From the NCBI GenBank assembly GCA_964574595.1, contig CAZNOF010000007.1:11703-75702 (forward strand): 64,000 nucleotides of DNA, in the 5' to 3' direction. A program made the position numbers and the translations under genes. Position 1 is the first letter of the stretch. Each line of letters begins with the position of its first letter. The notes below the pieces were generated by a model that was not told the origin of the DNA, did no database searches, and saw nothing but the letters and a program-made list of their open reading frames with translations. Below are positions 9,438 through 17,612 of the stretch, one piece after another. The stretch comes from an uncultured Pseudomonadales bacterium. Its GTDB lineage: Bacteria; Patescibacteriota; Microgenomatia; UBA1400; PJMF01.

Positions 9438-9992
9438 CTAAAAAATTTCTTCTGCTAACGGTGTTTTCTCTATTAAAGTTTGGATGAATTTTTGGGTTCT
9501 GGTTTCTTGAGGTTTTTTGTAAAGCAGGTAGGTGCCGATTACTTTTTTGATTTCTTCCTCGTCACTTTCCGTAATAATCAGTTTGCGGTATCTAGTTAGA
9601 GAAACGAGATCCCTATAGTAGAGAAAATGGGTTTTGCTGCGCACTTCAAACCAGAACTGACTTAACTGCGGCCAGTAGACATATTGGTCTTCAACCTTAA
9701 TTCCGAGGGTCGTTATTTTGCAGTTTAAGTAGGTCGGTTTTGAACGTAGGTGAACTAATAAAAGAACTGATCCAGACAAAAAGACGAGAAATAAAAGTGG
9801 ATCACCAAGCAATAACAGAATTAAACTCAGTAGGGCAATAAAGAGAACGAACTGAACAAACTCAGATCTTTTCCACTCTTTTTGCACTTTGCTAGGGGTT
9901 TTCCACTCAAAAAGCGTTTTTTCCTGAACCACATACCGATCGACCCCATATGGGTCAACGTAATACTGATCAGGAAATTTCTTTTCGGTCAC
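9438..9992 (-). CDS. hypothetical membrane protein (two transmembrane segments, charged C-terminal region)
   Basis: Hydrophobic hairpin FVLFIALLSLILLLLGDPLLFLVFLSGSVLLLV. Abuts the oxidoreductase gene by 2 nt, so likely the same operon. Confidence 0.5.
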   Translation of the reverse strand: MTEKKFPDQYYVDPYGVDRYVVQEKTLFEWKTPSKVQKEWKRSEFVQFVLFIALLSLILLLLGDPLLFLVFLSGSVLLLVHLRSKPTYLNCKITTLGIKVEDQYVYWPQLSQFWFEVRSKTHFLYYRDLVSLTRYRKLIITESDEEEIKKVIGTYLLYKKPQETRTQKFIQTLIEKTPLAEEIF

Positions 9993-10034
9993 AATCTTAT
10001 CTTAGAGCATTCTGAACAGAATGACAAACCCAGC

Positions 10035-10066
10035 AAAAAGCCGCCCATCAAGAGCGGCTTTTTTTA
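10035..10066. terminator. bidirectional-looking Rho-independent terminator (AAGCCGC-9 nt loop-GCGGCTT, flanked by an A-run and a T-run)
   Basis: 7-bp GC stem with a T-run on the plus side and an A-run on the other. Sits 10 nt downstream of the minus-strand micro-ORF 10076..10168. Confidence 0.5.
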
Positions 10067-10075
10067 TTTCAACAT

Positions 10076-10168
10076 CTATTCATCGAGAGGTTCATCGTCG
10101 CCTTCTTGCAGGCTATCATCTTGATCATCCTTAATGAAATAGACTTTTTCATTTGGTATGAACGTCAT
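10076..10168 (-). CDS. small acidic protein, 30 aa (MTFIPNEKVYFIKDDQDDSLQEGDDEPLDE)
   Basis: Consensus AAAGGAGG ribosome-binding site 4 nt upstream of the ATG. TAG stop followed 10 nt later by a terminator hairpin. Not on the ORF track (under 60 aa). Confidence 0.4.
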   Translation of the reverse strand: MTFIPNEKVYFIKDDQDDSLQEGDDEPLDE

Positions 10169-10219
10169 TTGACCTCCTTTTATAATACTGTTCGATAATA
10201 CGTTCCAAAGATAAATATT

Positions 10220-10249
10220 TGACGTTAGATCAGTAAGAAGAGTGTAATA
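10220..10249 (+). promoter_or_regulatory. putative sigma70-type promoter for the response-regulator gene (TTGACG, 18 bp spacer, TGTAAT)
   Basis: -35 TTGACG at 10220-10225 and a -10-like TGTAAT at 10244-10249, about 50 nt upstream of the ATG at 10300. Sequence inspection only. Confidence 0.3.
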
Positions 10250-10299
10250 AAGATCACAATTCGTTTGCTCTCACCAGATCTTCTTGGTACAATCGGCTC

Positions 10300-10971
10300 A
10301 TGATCTATTCTATTTTGATTGTTGAAGACGATCCAGGTGTTCAAAAGTTTCTCAAAGAATTACTTTTGGATAATGGCTTTTCTGTTCAACTCGCCAATGA
10401 TGGAATTGAAGCAATCGAGCATATTCAAAAGGCTCAACCTGATCTAGTGATCCTAGATTTAGGTCTTCCCAAGATTTCTGGCGAAGCCGTCGTCTCAGAA
10501 ATTCGCAAAAATTATCCAGAATTACGAGTCATTATTTTATCTGCTAAAGACACAATCAATGATGTGGTGCAAGGTTTGAGTTTAGGCGCAGACGACTACA
10601 TGACCAAACCATTTATGTCGGATGAGCTGTTAGCGAGAATTAAGGCTCGTTTAAAACGCATCAATGGCAACACCCAAGAAATCGTAGTTGGTGACTTGAC
10701 TCTTAACAGCCAATCCATGCAAGTAACTCGGGCCGGTCAAGAAATTCAGTTGACTCCCCAAGAATTTAAATTGCTCCAGTACTTAATGAATAATAAGGGA
10801 CAGATCTTAACCCGCGAAATGATTTTAAATAGAATTTGGATGTACTCCCCAGATATTGAAACCCGCGTAGTAGATGTCTATATGGGGTATTTACGCAAGA
10901 AAATTGATAAGAACTTTGACAAACCACTTCTCCATTATGTCCGCGGTTTTGGCTACGTGATTAAAGATTAA
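10300..10971 (+). CDS. OmpR-family response regulator (receiver plus winged-helix DNA-binding domain)
   Basis: Receiver motifs (LIVEDD, DLVILDLGLP, KDT) and a C-terminal trans_reg_C winged helix (LTPQEFKLLQYLMNN...YVRGFGY). Confidence 0.9.
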   Translation: MIYSILIVEDDPGVQKFLKELLLDNGFSVQLANDGIEAIEHIQKAQPDLVILDLGLPKISGEAVVSEIRKNYPELRVIILSAKDTINDVVQGLSLGADDYMTKPFMSDELLARIKARLKRINGNTQEIVVGDLTLNSQSMQVTRAGQEIQLTPQEFKLLQYLMNNKGQILTREMILNRIWMYSPDIETRVVDVYMGYLRKKIDKNFDKPLLHYVRGFGYVIKD

Positions 10972-12119
10972 TCTAGATCAGTTCGTCGCAAACGAATCGT
11001 CACTTTTGTACCTTTTTTTGAAGATGAGATGGCAATTCTGCCATGATGTTGATTGAGGATCATTTTGACTAGATACAAACCCAGACCCATTCCCTCAGCT
11101 GTATCCGTTGTGGTGCTTTTGTAGAACTCTTCAAATACGTGAGGTAAATCTTTCTTGGGAATCCCCACCCCTTTATCTATTATTTCAACATTGATGTATG
11201 GCTCTTCCGCATAAACATCAATTTGAATAGGGCTTAATCTTGGCGAAAATTTTCGAGCATTATCTAAGATATTGTCAAAAACTTGCTCCAACTTTTGAGC
11301 ATCCCCAATTACCACATCTTTTCCTGGTTCTAGGAGACTGGTAATTTTGACTGGTCGCAGAGCATCTGAAAAATGGAACGAAATTATTGAGCGCTCGAGA
11401 ACCTCCAAAACATGACATTCTTGCCATTTAAATTCCAACTTGCCTGACTTAATGTTATGCGTTTGCATCATGTCGTTAATTAAATTGTTCATTCGTTTGG
11501 TTTCGGTCAGTAAATTCTTCACCCAACCCGCTTCTTGGCTTTCATTTTTACCCAAACGCGTGTCCAGTAACTGAACATATCCGCTGACAGTAGTCAGTGG
11601 TGTCTTCAACTCATGTGCTGCCATCGACGTAAAAATATCCCTGATCTTCAACGACTTTTGGTTCTCTTCATAGAGCTGGGCTTTACGAATGGCCAACGTG
11701 GCCAGTGAGCCAAAGGCTTTCAATCCCTCAAGTTCTTGCTCTTCCAGAACGTGCGTGTTTTGGGTGTGAATGAGTAAAATTCCAAACGATTTCTTTTGGT
11801 AAAAAAGTGGCACCAACACAATAAAGTTCTTTGAATCAATTTCATGAATCAGGGCCATTTTATTTTTAAACGCCTGATACGTAAATTCGTCTTCAATATA
11901 CTCACCTGTGTCCTGAGAGTTGGTGGCGTAAGCTCGTTTCAGCTCGCCATTCTTATCAGCTAACAAAATAAAACCATCGGACCCATCGAGCAGGTCAAGT
12001 GCTTGATGGGCGATGGTTTCTAAAGTTTGAGATAAACTAATTGGTTCTAAAAATCTTAGTGCTGCCGAATTAATATGTTGTAGGGAAATTCCCATTGGCA
12101 TAATTCTCTCTTCATTCAT
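10968..12119 (-). CDS. cytoplasmic sensor histidine kinase with an N-terminal GAF domain (no transmembrane segment)
   Basis: HisKA H-box (MAAHELKTPLTTVSGYVQLL). HATPase_c N, G1 and G2 boxes (DNARKFSP, DKGVGIP, GMGLGL). GAF-like N-terminal 170 aa. Convergent with the response regulator, overlapping by 4 nt (TTAA). Confidence 0.85.
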   Translation of the reverse strand: MNEERIMPMGISLQHINSAALRFLEPISLSQTLETIAHQALDLLDGSDGFILLADKNGELKRAYATNSQDTGEYIEDEFTYQAFKNKMALIHEIDSKNFIVLVPLFYQKKSFGILLIHTQNTHVLEEQELEGLKAFGSLATLAIRKAQLYEENQKSLKIRDIFTSMAAHELKTPLTTVSGYVQLLDTRLGKNESQEAGWVKNLLTETKRMNNLINDMMQTHNIKSGKLEFKWQECHVLEVLERSIISFHFSDALRPVKITSLLEPGKDVVIGDAQKLEQVFDNILDNARKFSPRLSPIQIDVYAEEPYINVEIIDKGVGIPKKDLPHVFEEFYKSTTTDTAEGMGLGLYLVKMILNQHHGRIAISSSKKGTKVTIRLRRTDLD

Positions 12120-12209
12120 CTAAAATAGATGGAATACATTACTCAGCACCCAGATTAAGACCAGGAGGCCAAAGGGAACTCCCAGTAGCCAAGCTAAAAA
12201 GTATTTCAT
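12120..12209 (-). CDS. hydrophobic micro-ORF, 29 aa (MKYFLAWLLGVPFGLLVLIWVLSNVFHLF), translationally coupled to the GAF histidine kinase
   Basis: ATG preceded by a GAAGGG ribosome-binding site about 8 nt upstream. TAG stop directly abuts the ATG of the kinase (TAGATG). Single predicted transmembrane helix. Not on the ORF track (under 60 aa). Confidence 0.4.
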   Translation of the reverse strand: MKYFLAWLLGVPFGLLVLIWVLSNVFHLF

Positions 12210-12230
12210 AGGAAGCCCTTCACTTTCAAA

Positions 12231-12494
12231 CTATTTAATTTTTTTCTTTAACTCATCTGCTGCTTTTTCAGCTTTACCACTCATGTCGTCCACTTGAGAC
12301 TTCACATCATCCATTTTGTCTTCAGCTTCCGAGCGGAGTTTCTCTGCTTTATCACCAGCTTGGTTCAGAGTTTCCATTACTTTGTCACGATTTTTTTTAT
12401 CGCTTAAGGCAACTGCAACTGCTCCAACGGCTGCTCCAACTGCGCCAACAACGAGCGGATTCACACCGTTTCCTGTTTGTTTCTTGTCATTCAT
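12231..12494 (-). CDS. YtxH-like / general stress protein (Gly-Ala-rich hydrophobic N-terminus, coiled-coil C-terminus)
   Basis: PLVVGAVGAAVGAVAVALSDKKNRDKV followed by a charged coiled region (DKAEKLRSEAEDKMDDVKSQVDD), typical of small stress proteins of this family. Confidence 0.5.
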   Translation of the reverse strand: MNDKKQTGNGVNPLVVGAVGAAVGAVAVALSDKKNRDKVMETLNQAGDKAEKLRSEAEDKMDDVKSQVDDMSGKAEKAADELKKKIK

Positions 12495-12532
12495 AGTGTT
12501 CTTTCTGCTCTATTAGTAATTGAGCTCAAATA

Positions 12533-12787
12533 TTAAGCGGTTCGACGGAGTAATCTGCCGAGCCAAATCACAATTACGGCTCCAACTGTGGAGACGATCA
12601 AGCTGTAAATGTTAAAACCTGTCACACCGGCTTGGCCGAAAAAATTCATCACAAAGCCACCAACCACGGAACCCACAATTCCTAAGATGATGTCCATTAA
12701 TGTTCCTTGACTGGCATCCGTCTTCATAATCATTGATGCCAACCATCCAGCCACACCCCCTAAGATAATCCACAGTAGTATGTTCAT
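12533..12787 (-). CDS. GlsB/YeaQ/YmgE family transglycosylase-associated stress protein
   Basis: Characteristic Gly-rich transmembrane hairpins (ILGGVAGWLASMIM...ILGIVGSVVGGFVMNFFG...IVSTVGAVIVIWLGRLL). Confidence 0.75.
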   Translation of the reverse strand: MNILLWIILGGVAGWLASMIMKTDASQGTLMDIILGIVGSVVGGFVMNFFGQAGVTGFNIYSLIVSTVGAVIVIWLGRLLRRTA

Positions 12788-12900
12788 ATCTCACCAACCT
12801 TTCTGCTTTTTATCTAGCTATATATAATGTTGTGTTCATTGTGAAACAGTTCAGTGAAAAGTCGGACACAGGCAAGTAAGGAGAATGTAAGAAAGATGAG

Positions 12901-13494
12901 CTACACGACCGCTTTAGAGTCACCAACTTGCTCGATGTTGTCTAATAGATCTGGTGTAGACACCTTTGTCACATCAACTTTATTCATCACCCCAACCATT
13001 AATCCTTGAATGATTCGTCTCGCTTTTTGGGCTTCTGCTTTTGGTAAGTAGTTGACGACAAGAGGTGGTGCATTTGGAATTCGGGAGACAAAGCGAATTA
13101 ACCCAAAGAACATGCTTGATTCTGTTTCACACGAGGAAATATCAGAGATGAGTAAGCTCTGAATATCGCTCGATCCAAAAAACAGCGTGTTCTTAATATT
13201 CACTTTGGTCTTTTCGATAATAATCTCTGTTGGAAACAGTTTGAAAGGAAAAACGGTCTTGACTGACATCAACACTGGCTGTTCATCTTTCGCTAAATTC
13301 TGCAGCTGAGACACCGCAATCGCTTGCTCCTCTTGCTGTTTATTTTCTTGATCTGCAGAAATTGGCTGAGCCTCGCGGTTGCTTGGTAAGTCCTCAACAT
13401 CTTGAATAGTATTATTGACAAAGACAGTACCTTGTTTGGTCATAAGAACCTTTTCTAATAACATTGTATGCGCCTTGTGAACGAATAAGGTCAA
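12901..13494 (-). CDS. hypothetical protein (197 aa)
   Basis: Long ORF with TAG stop. No family recognised. The start may be at an internal Met (MLLEKV or MTKQG). Confidence 0.4.
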   Translation of the reverse strand: MTLFVHKAHTMLLEKVLMTKQGTVFVNNTIQDVEDLPSNREAQPISADQENKQQEEQAIAVSQLQNLAKDEQPVLMSVKTVFPFKLFPTEIIIEKTKVNIKNTLFFGSSDIQSLLISDISSCETESSMFFGLIRFVSRIPNAPPLVVNYLPKAEAQKARRIIQGLMVGVMNKVDVTKVSTPDLLDNIEQVGDSKAVV

Positions 13495-13521
13495 GGTTAT
13501 GTAAGAATTGGGTAAGCTCTG

Positions 13522-14676
13522 CTATGACTGGTCAGCTTTAGAAGCTGCTGTCTCAAGCGAATAGAAGAGATCAAGCGCATTTTTAAACGCCTGATCCATG
13601 TTGAAGTATTTGTAATTGGCTAATCTCCCCACGAAGTGAATGTTCTGTAACTTTTCAGCCTCTTGTTGATACTTTTCATAAATTTCTTGATTTCGCGGAT
13701 TCGGCACGGGATAGAATGGTTCACCTTGATCAGTACTGTATTCGCGGACAATTGTGGTTTTTGCCGACTTTTGTCCCGTGATTTGTTTGTACTCAACAAC
13801 TCTGGTGTAAGGAACTTCTAAACTTGGGTAATTAATGATTGGGTTGGACTGGTAAAACTCTTGATCAAGCGTCTCATGCTCAAAACGTAAAGATCGGTAC
13901 TCGAGTTTCTCTTTGAGACTGTGCTTAAAGTCAAAGTATTGATCAATCGGCCCAGTGTAGAAAAGTTTCTCAAATTTTTTTAGATCATTTCTGACATCGA
14001 AAAAATCGGTATTCAACCGGACAGTAATGTTATGGTGTGACAGCATTCTCTCAAAGATCTTGGTATACCCCAGTTTAGGCAAAGCTTGATACTTGTCTGT
14101 AAAATAACGATCTTCAAAATCCGTTCTGACAGGTATGCGGTTTAATACTTCAGGGCTTAACTCTTCAGGGAACTTATCCCACTGTTTTTTGGTGTAGTTT
14201 TTAAACATTTTTTCATACAGCACCCTCCCGACCCGAGCCTCTGCCGCCTCTTTCCCATTTTTAGGCTGAGACACATGCACCTGGTTTTCATCTAACCATC
14301 GTTTCATTTCTTGAGGAGTTTGAATATTCAGATGAAAGAGTGTGTTCACGGTGGTGATATTGACAGGCACCGGCACGATCTGACCATCAACAGAGGCAAC
14401 TGTCCTAATTTCAAACGGATACCACTCACCAAATTGCTGAACGTACTTCCAGACATCCTCAAAATTGGTATGAAACAAATGAGGACCATATTTAGAAACG
14501 AGTATCCCTGCCTCGTTTACAAAATCAAAACAGTTGCCCCCGATGTGATCTCGTTTCTCCAGGACTAATACTTTTTTGCCAATGGCAGCATAACGCTCTG
14601 CTAGCACAGCACCAGAGATACCGGCACCAATACAGATGACATCTGCTTGAAATGTAGTCTCATCATTCATAATCAA
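13522..14676 (-). CDS. glf: UDP-galactopyranose mutase
   Basis: N-terminal FAD-binding motif (VICIGAGISGAVLAERYA) and the conserved Glf segment (GGNCFDF...GPHLFHT). The ATG overlaps the TGA of the upstream glgP (ATGA). Confidence 0.85.
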   Translation of the reverse strand: MIMNDETTFQADVICIGAGISGAVLAERYAAIGKKVLVLEKRDHIGGNCFDFVNEAGILVSKYGPHLFHTNFEDVWKYVQQFGEWYPFEIRTVASVDGQIVPVPVNITTVNTLFHLNIQTPQEMKRWLDENQVHVSQPKNGKEAAEARVGRVLYEKMFKNYTKKQWDKFPEELSPEVLNRIPVRTDFEDRYFTDKYQALPKLGYTKIFERMLSHHNITVRLNTDFFDVRNDLKKFEKLFYTGPIDQYFDFKHSLKEKLEYRSLRFEHETLDQEFYQSNPIINYPSLEVPYTRVVEYKQITGQKSAKTTIVREYSTDQGEPFYPVPNPRNQEIYEKYQQEAEKLQNIHFVGRLANYKYFNMDQAFKNALDLFYSLETAASKADQS

Positions 14677-16364
14677 ACTTGCTCAGGTACGATGGCCATG
14701 CCCTTTTCTAAGTACTCATGCAAAGCTCGGGTCATGGAGAACTCATTCAAAATTAACTGTCGAGCGTTGGTCATCATCTCTACCCAGTTGACCGGAATAC
14801 CTTGCTCATTTCGCTGGTAGTAAATTGGCAGAATTTCTTTTTCTAATTTTTCCAAAATGTCTTCTGTGACATTGGCATCATCCAGTAACCAACCAATTTT
14901 AAAGAGATCAACTTCATCAAACCAGCCATCTTTGGTAGTGAGTGGTAATGCTCCATTCAAAGCAGCTTTCATGCCACTTGTCCCACAAGCCTCAAATCCA
15001 ACTACCGGCGTATTTACCCACATGTCGCAGCCAGCAGTTAAGATTTTCGCTAAGTCTTTATCGTAATTGGGTAGATACACTGCCAAACCTTTCAGGTCGT
15101 GAGAAAGTCTGTACTGCAGCTCTTCTAAAATAGTCGTGCCTTCTTCATCTGAGGGATGTGCTAAGCCAGTGTAGACCATTCTGATTGGCCGATCTGAGGT
15201 GGATGCCAATTCACAAAATCTCTTCAGTCGCTCGACTAATGCGAGCGGCCGCTTGTATTGAACAATGCGCCTCCCCCAACCAAGCAAGATAGTGTTTTCA
15301 TTCCAGACTTCTTTCGTCTCGGTTTCGATGAGCTTCAGTAATTCTCGTTTATTTTCTTGATGTTTAGTCCAAATCTGAGTGGTGTCGCAAACTTTATCCC
15401 AGGTTGGAATATGAATGCCATTGGTAATGGCCATCATTGGGTGGTCATGCCAGATTTCAGCTGCTTTTTTCTGATGAAGTTTACTGACGGCATTGATTTT
15501 GCCAGCACTACGCAAAGCTAACATGGTCATGGAGAACGAACTCGATTCTTGAACAAGTCCTAGCTCAACCAAGGTTTTAACTGGCACTTCCAACTCTTCA
15601 GCATACTTTTGAAACACTAATGAAACTAAGTCATCACTAAATATGTCATTACCTGCAGGCACCAGGGTATGATTGGAGAAAAGAATTCGTTCTTTCGCAA
15701 TCTCTTTTGCCTGATCAAAAGTTAATGATCGCTCTTTCATCTCGTGGTGAATCAACTCAAAGACCAAGAAACCACAGTGACCTTCGTTAAGGTGATAGGC
15801 GGAGGGATGAATTTTCAACGCTTCAAGTAACCTCAGTCCACCAACTCCCATCACAAACTCCTGTTTCAATCGAGTTTCCTTGACCATTGAATAGAGTTTC
15901 TCTGTAATCAGTCTGTCTGCCGAAGTGTTTTTGTCAACGTCGGTGTCGAGAAAATAAATTTTGGTACTCCCATTTTGCCAAACCCAAGCTTGGACAAAAA
16001 CATGGTGATCTTCAATTGGCAACGTTAAGAGTAATACTTCACCTTTCTCATCTTTGACGAGCTCAGCAACGGCGCTTTCTGGTGGGATAACATCATGTTT
16101 TTCAATAACTTGGCCTTCTTTGCTCAACTCAGTGCTCGTGAAACCTTCTTTATAGTAGAGACTGATACCAACCACCGGAATTTTTTGATCAGCAGCCTCA
16201 GCAATATAGTCCCCGGCGAGAATGCCTAAACCTCCGGCATATGTAGGCAAATGATCTTGCAGAGCAAACTCTGCACAGAAGTAAGCAATCGGTCGTTCTA
16301 CAAGATGAGTGAATTTTGGAGAAGTACGAAGTTGGTCAAACCAGGTGTTTTCGGTGTCTAGCAT
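14673..16364 (-). CDS. glgP: alpha-glucan (glycogen) phosphorylase, short GT35 form
   Basis: N-terminal GT35 motif (YFCAEFALQDHLPTYAGGLGILAGDY) and the PLP-lysine motif (EACGTSGMKAALNG, compare EASGTGNMK). Ends with TGA. Confidence 0.85.
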   Translation of the reverse strand: MLDTENTWFDQLRTSPKFTHLVERPIAYFCAEFALQDHLPTYAGGLGILAGDYIAEAADQKIPVVGISLYYKEGFTSTELSKEGQVIEKHDVIPPESAVAELVKDEKGEVLLLTLPIEDHHVFVQAWVWQNGSTKIYFLDTDVDKNTSADRLITEKLYSMVKETRLKQEFVMGVGGLRLLEALKIHPSAYHLNEGHCGFLVFELIHHEMKERSLTFDQAKEIAKERILFSNHTLVPAGNDIFSDDLVSLVFQKYAEELEVPVKTLVELGLVQESSSFSMTMLALRSAGKINAVSKLHQKKAAEIWHDHPMMAITNGIHIPTWDKVCDTTQIWTKHQENKRELLKLIETETKEVWNENTILLGWGRRIVQYKRPLALVERLKRFCELASTSDRPIRMVYTGLAHPSDEEGTTILEELQYRLSHDLKGLAVYLPNYDKDLAKILTAGCDMWVNTPVVGFEACGTSGMKAALNGALPLTTKDGWFDEVDLFKIGWLLDDANVTEDILEKLEKEILPIYYQRNEQGIPVNWVEMMTNARQLILNEFSMTRALHEYLEKGMAIVPEQV

Positions 16365-16454
16365 AGGACTTTAGTATGCCATACTTTGGGCGTTTTAGAA
16401 CAGAGAAGTCAACTTAGTGTTATAATCGGCATTAGAAAGCCCTGGCTCTTTGTA

Positions 16455-17612
16455 ATGAAATCGTTTGTCCTTGTTTTGCACTTCTATCAGCCACCGACTC
16501 AAAAACTGGCTATCACAAAAGCAATCCTCGAAAGTTGCTACCTACCACTACTTCGCATGTTGGCCCAAAAAGATGATATCGGAGTAACTTGTAATTTCAG
16601 TGGCAGTCTTTTGGAACAACTCGAACAACTACATGCTACAGAGTTCTTCGAGCTGGTGAAGTCACTTGTAGACTCCAAAAAAATCGAACTACTCAATAGC
16701 GCCATGTATCATTCGCTATTGCCAATTTCACCACCGGAAATATTTCAGCATCAAATTCAACTGGATCAAGCAATTTTAAGTCGTCTCTTTGGTGTTGGCA
16801 CTTTGTCTGGCTTCTTTCCCCCTGAGCTCGCCGTGGATGACAAACATGTTAGCCAGCTGAAAGCGCGATATGTGATAGTCAATCAATCTGCCACCAAAAA
16901 TAGAGAGGAAGCTATCGTCAAGTTTAAAGATAAGACCTTGCTTGTCGCAAACCAAGAACTGGTAGAAATATGTCGCTCATATCCCGGACTCTTACCAGTT
17001 AAACCGTTTGTGCAGTATGTGATTGATCAGTACCCAACACAACAACTCTTTATTTTACCGAGCGATGCTGAACTGTTTGGACACCACTACGCTGAGCGAC
17101 TGCAGTTCTTGAGTGATTTTTTAGACAATCCAGAAATCGAATTCTTGACCGGTACTCAAGCCGTAGCTAAGTTTGGTAGTAACGCTAAGTCAGTTCAATC
17201 AATTGAAGTCTCTTCCTGGCAAACAGGAGAAAAGCTTGATTTATGGCAACACAATCCCCTTCAAAAAAAGTATTTTCAGTTAGCACAACTGTGCGCACAG
17301 CTTGTAGTAGAACATTCTAACGCCGAAGCAATCCAGTTAGTCAATCAAGGATGGGCATCTTGTTATCAATATTGGCTCTCCAATACCCCGTGGTGGCATC
17401 CTGACTTAGTTGAAGGTGGGGCTCACAGTCTCGTCAAAAGTGTTCGCGCATCGTCATCCTCATTTGAAGAGAAAAAAGAAGCTGAAAGATTATATTTTTC
17501 ATTACTACTTGATATCTGGACATATCACTGGTCTGATCAAGTGAAAAAAGGATATGAAGAACACAATCGCGAGCGAGAGCTTCTCTTGGAGAATTTACCT
17601 AAATTATCATGA
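16455..17612 (+). CDS. glycoside hydrolase family 57-like protein (alpha-glucan processing). The start is uncertain: the track gives a TTG at 16386, I prefer the ATG at 16455.
   Basis: N-terminal HFYQP motif resembling the GH57 region-I HxHQP. Sits in a glycogen-metabolism context between glgP and glgA. Ends with TGA overlapping the next ATG (ATGA). Confidence 0.5.
   Translation: MKSFVLVLHFYQPPTQKLAITKAILESCYLPLLRMLAQKDDIGVTCNFSGSLLEQLEQLHATEFFELVKSLVDSKKIELLNSAMYHSLLPISPPEIFQHQIQLDQAILSRLFGVGTLSGFFPPELAVDDKHVSQLKARYVIVNQSATKNREEAIVKFKDKTLLVANQELVEICRSYPGLLPVKPFVQYVIDQYPTQQLFILPSDAELFGHHYAERLQFLSDFLDNPEIEFLTGTQAVAKFGSNAKSVQSIEVSSWQTGEKLDLWQHNPLQKKYFQLAQLCAQLVVEHSNAEAIQLVNQGWASCYQYWLSNTPWWHPDLVEGGAHSLVKSVRASSSSFEEKKEAERLYFSLLLDIWTYHWSDQVKKGYEEHNRERELLLENLPKLS

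Noticed and set aside
9882-10124. Plus-strand 80-aa ORF in the divergent intergenic region
   Set aside because: It overlaps the 5' end of the minus-strand membrane gene and runs through the terminator hairpin. It has Ser/Arg-rich low-complexity translation and no ribosome-binding site. The minus-strand 30-aa ORF with a consensus site is the better explanation of this region.
14673-17612. Possibility that the organism uses an alternative genetic code with UGA as a sense codon (code 25 or 4), suggested by the in-frame TGA at 34849-34851
   Set aside because: TGA terminates glgP (ATGA overlap with glf at 14673-14676) and the GH57-like gene (ATGA overlap at 17609-17612) exactly where domain homology ends. 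Reading through would run into the next gene out of frame. So the standard code is used.
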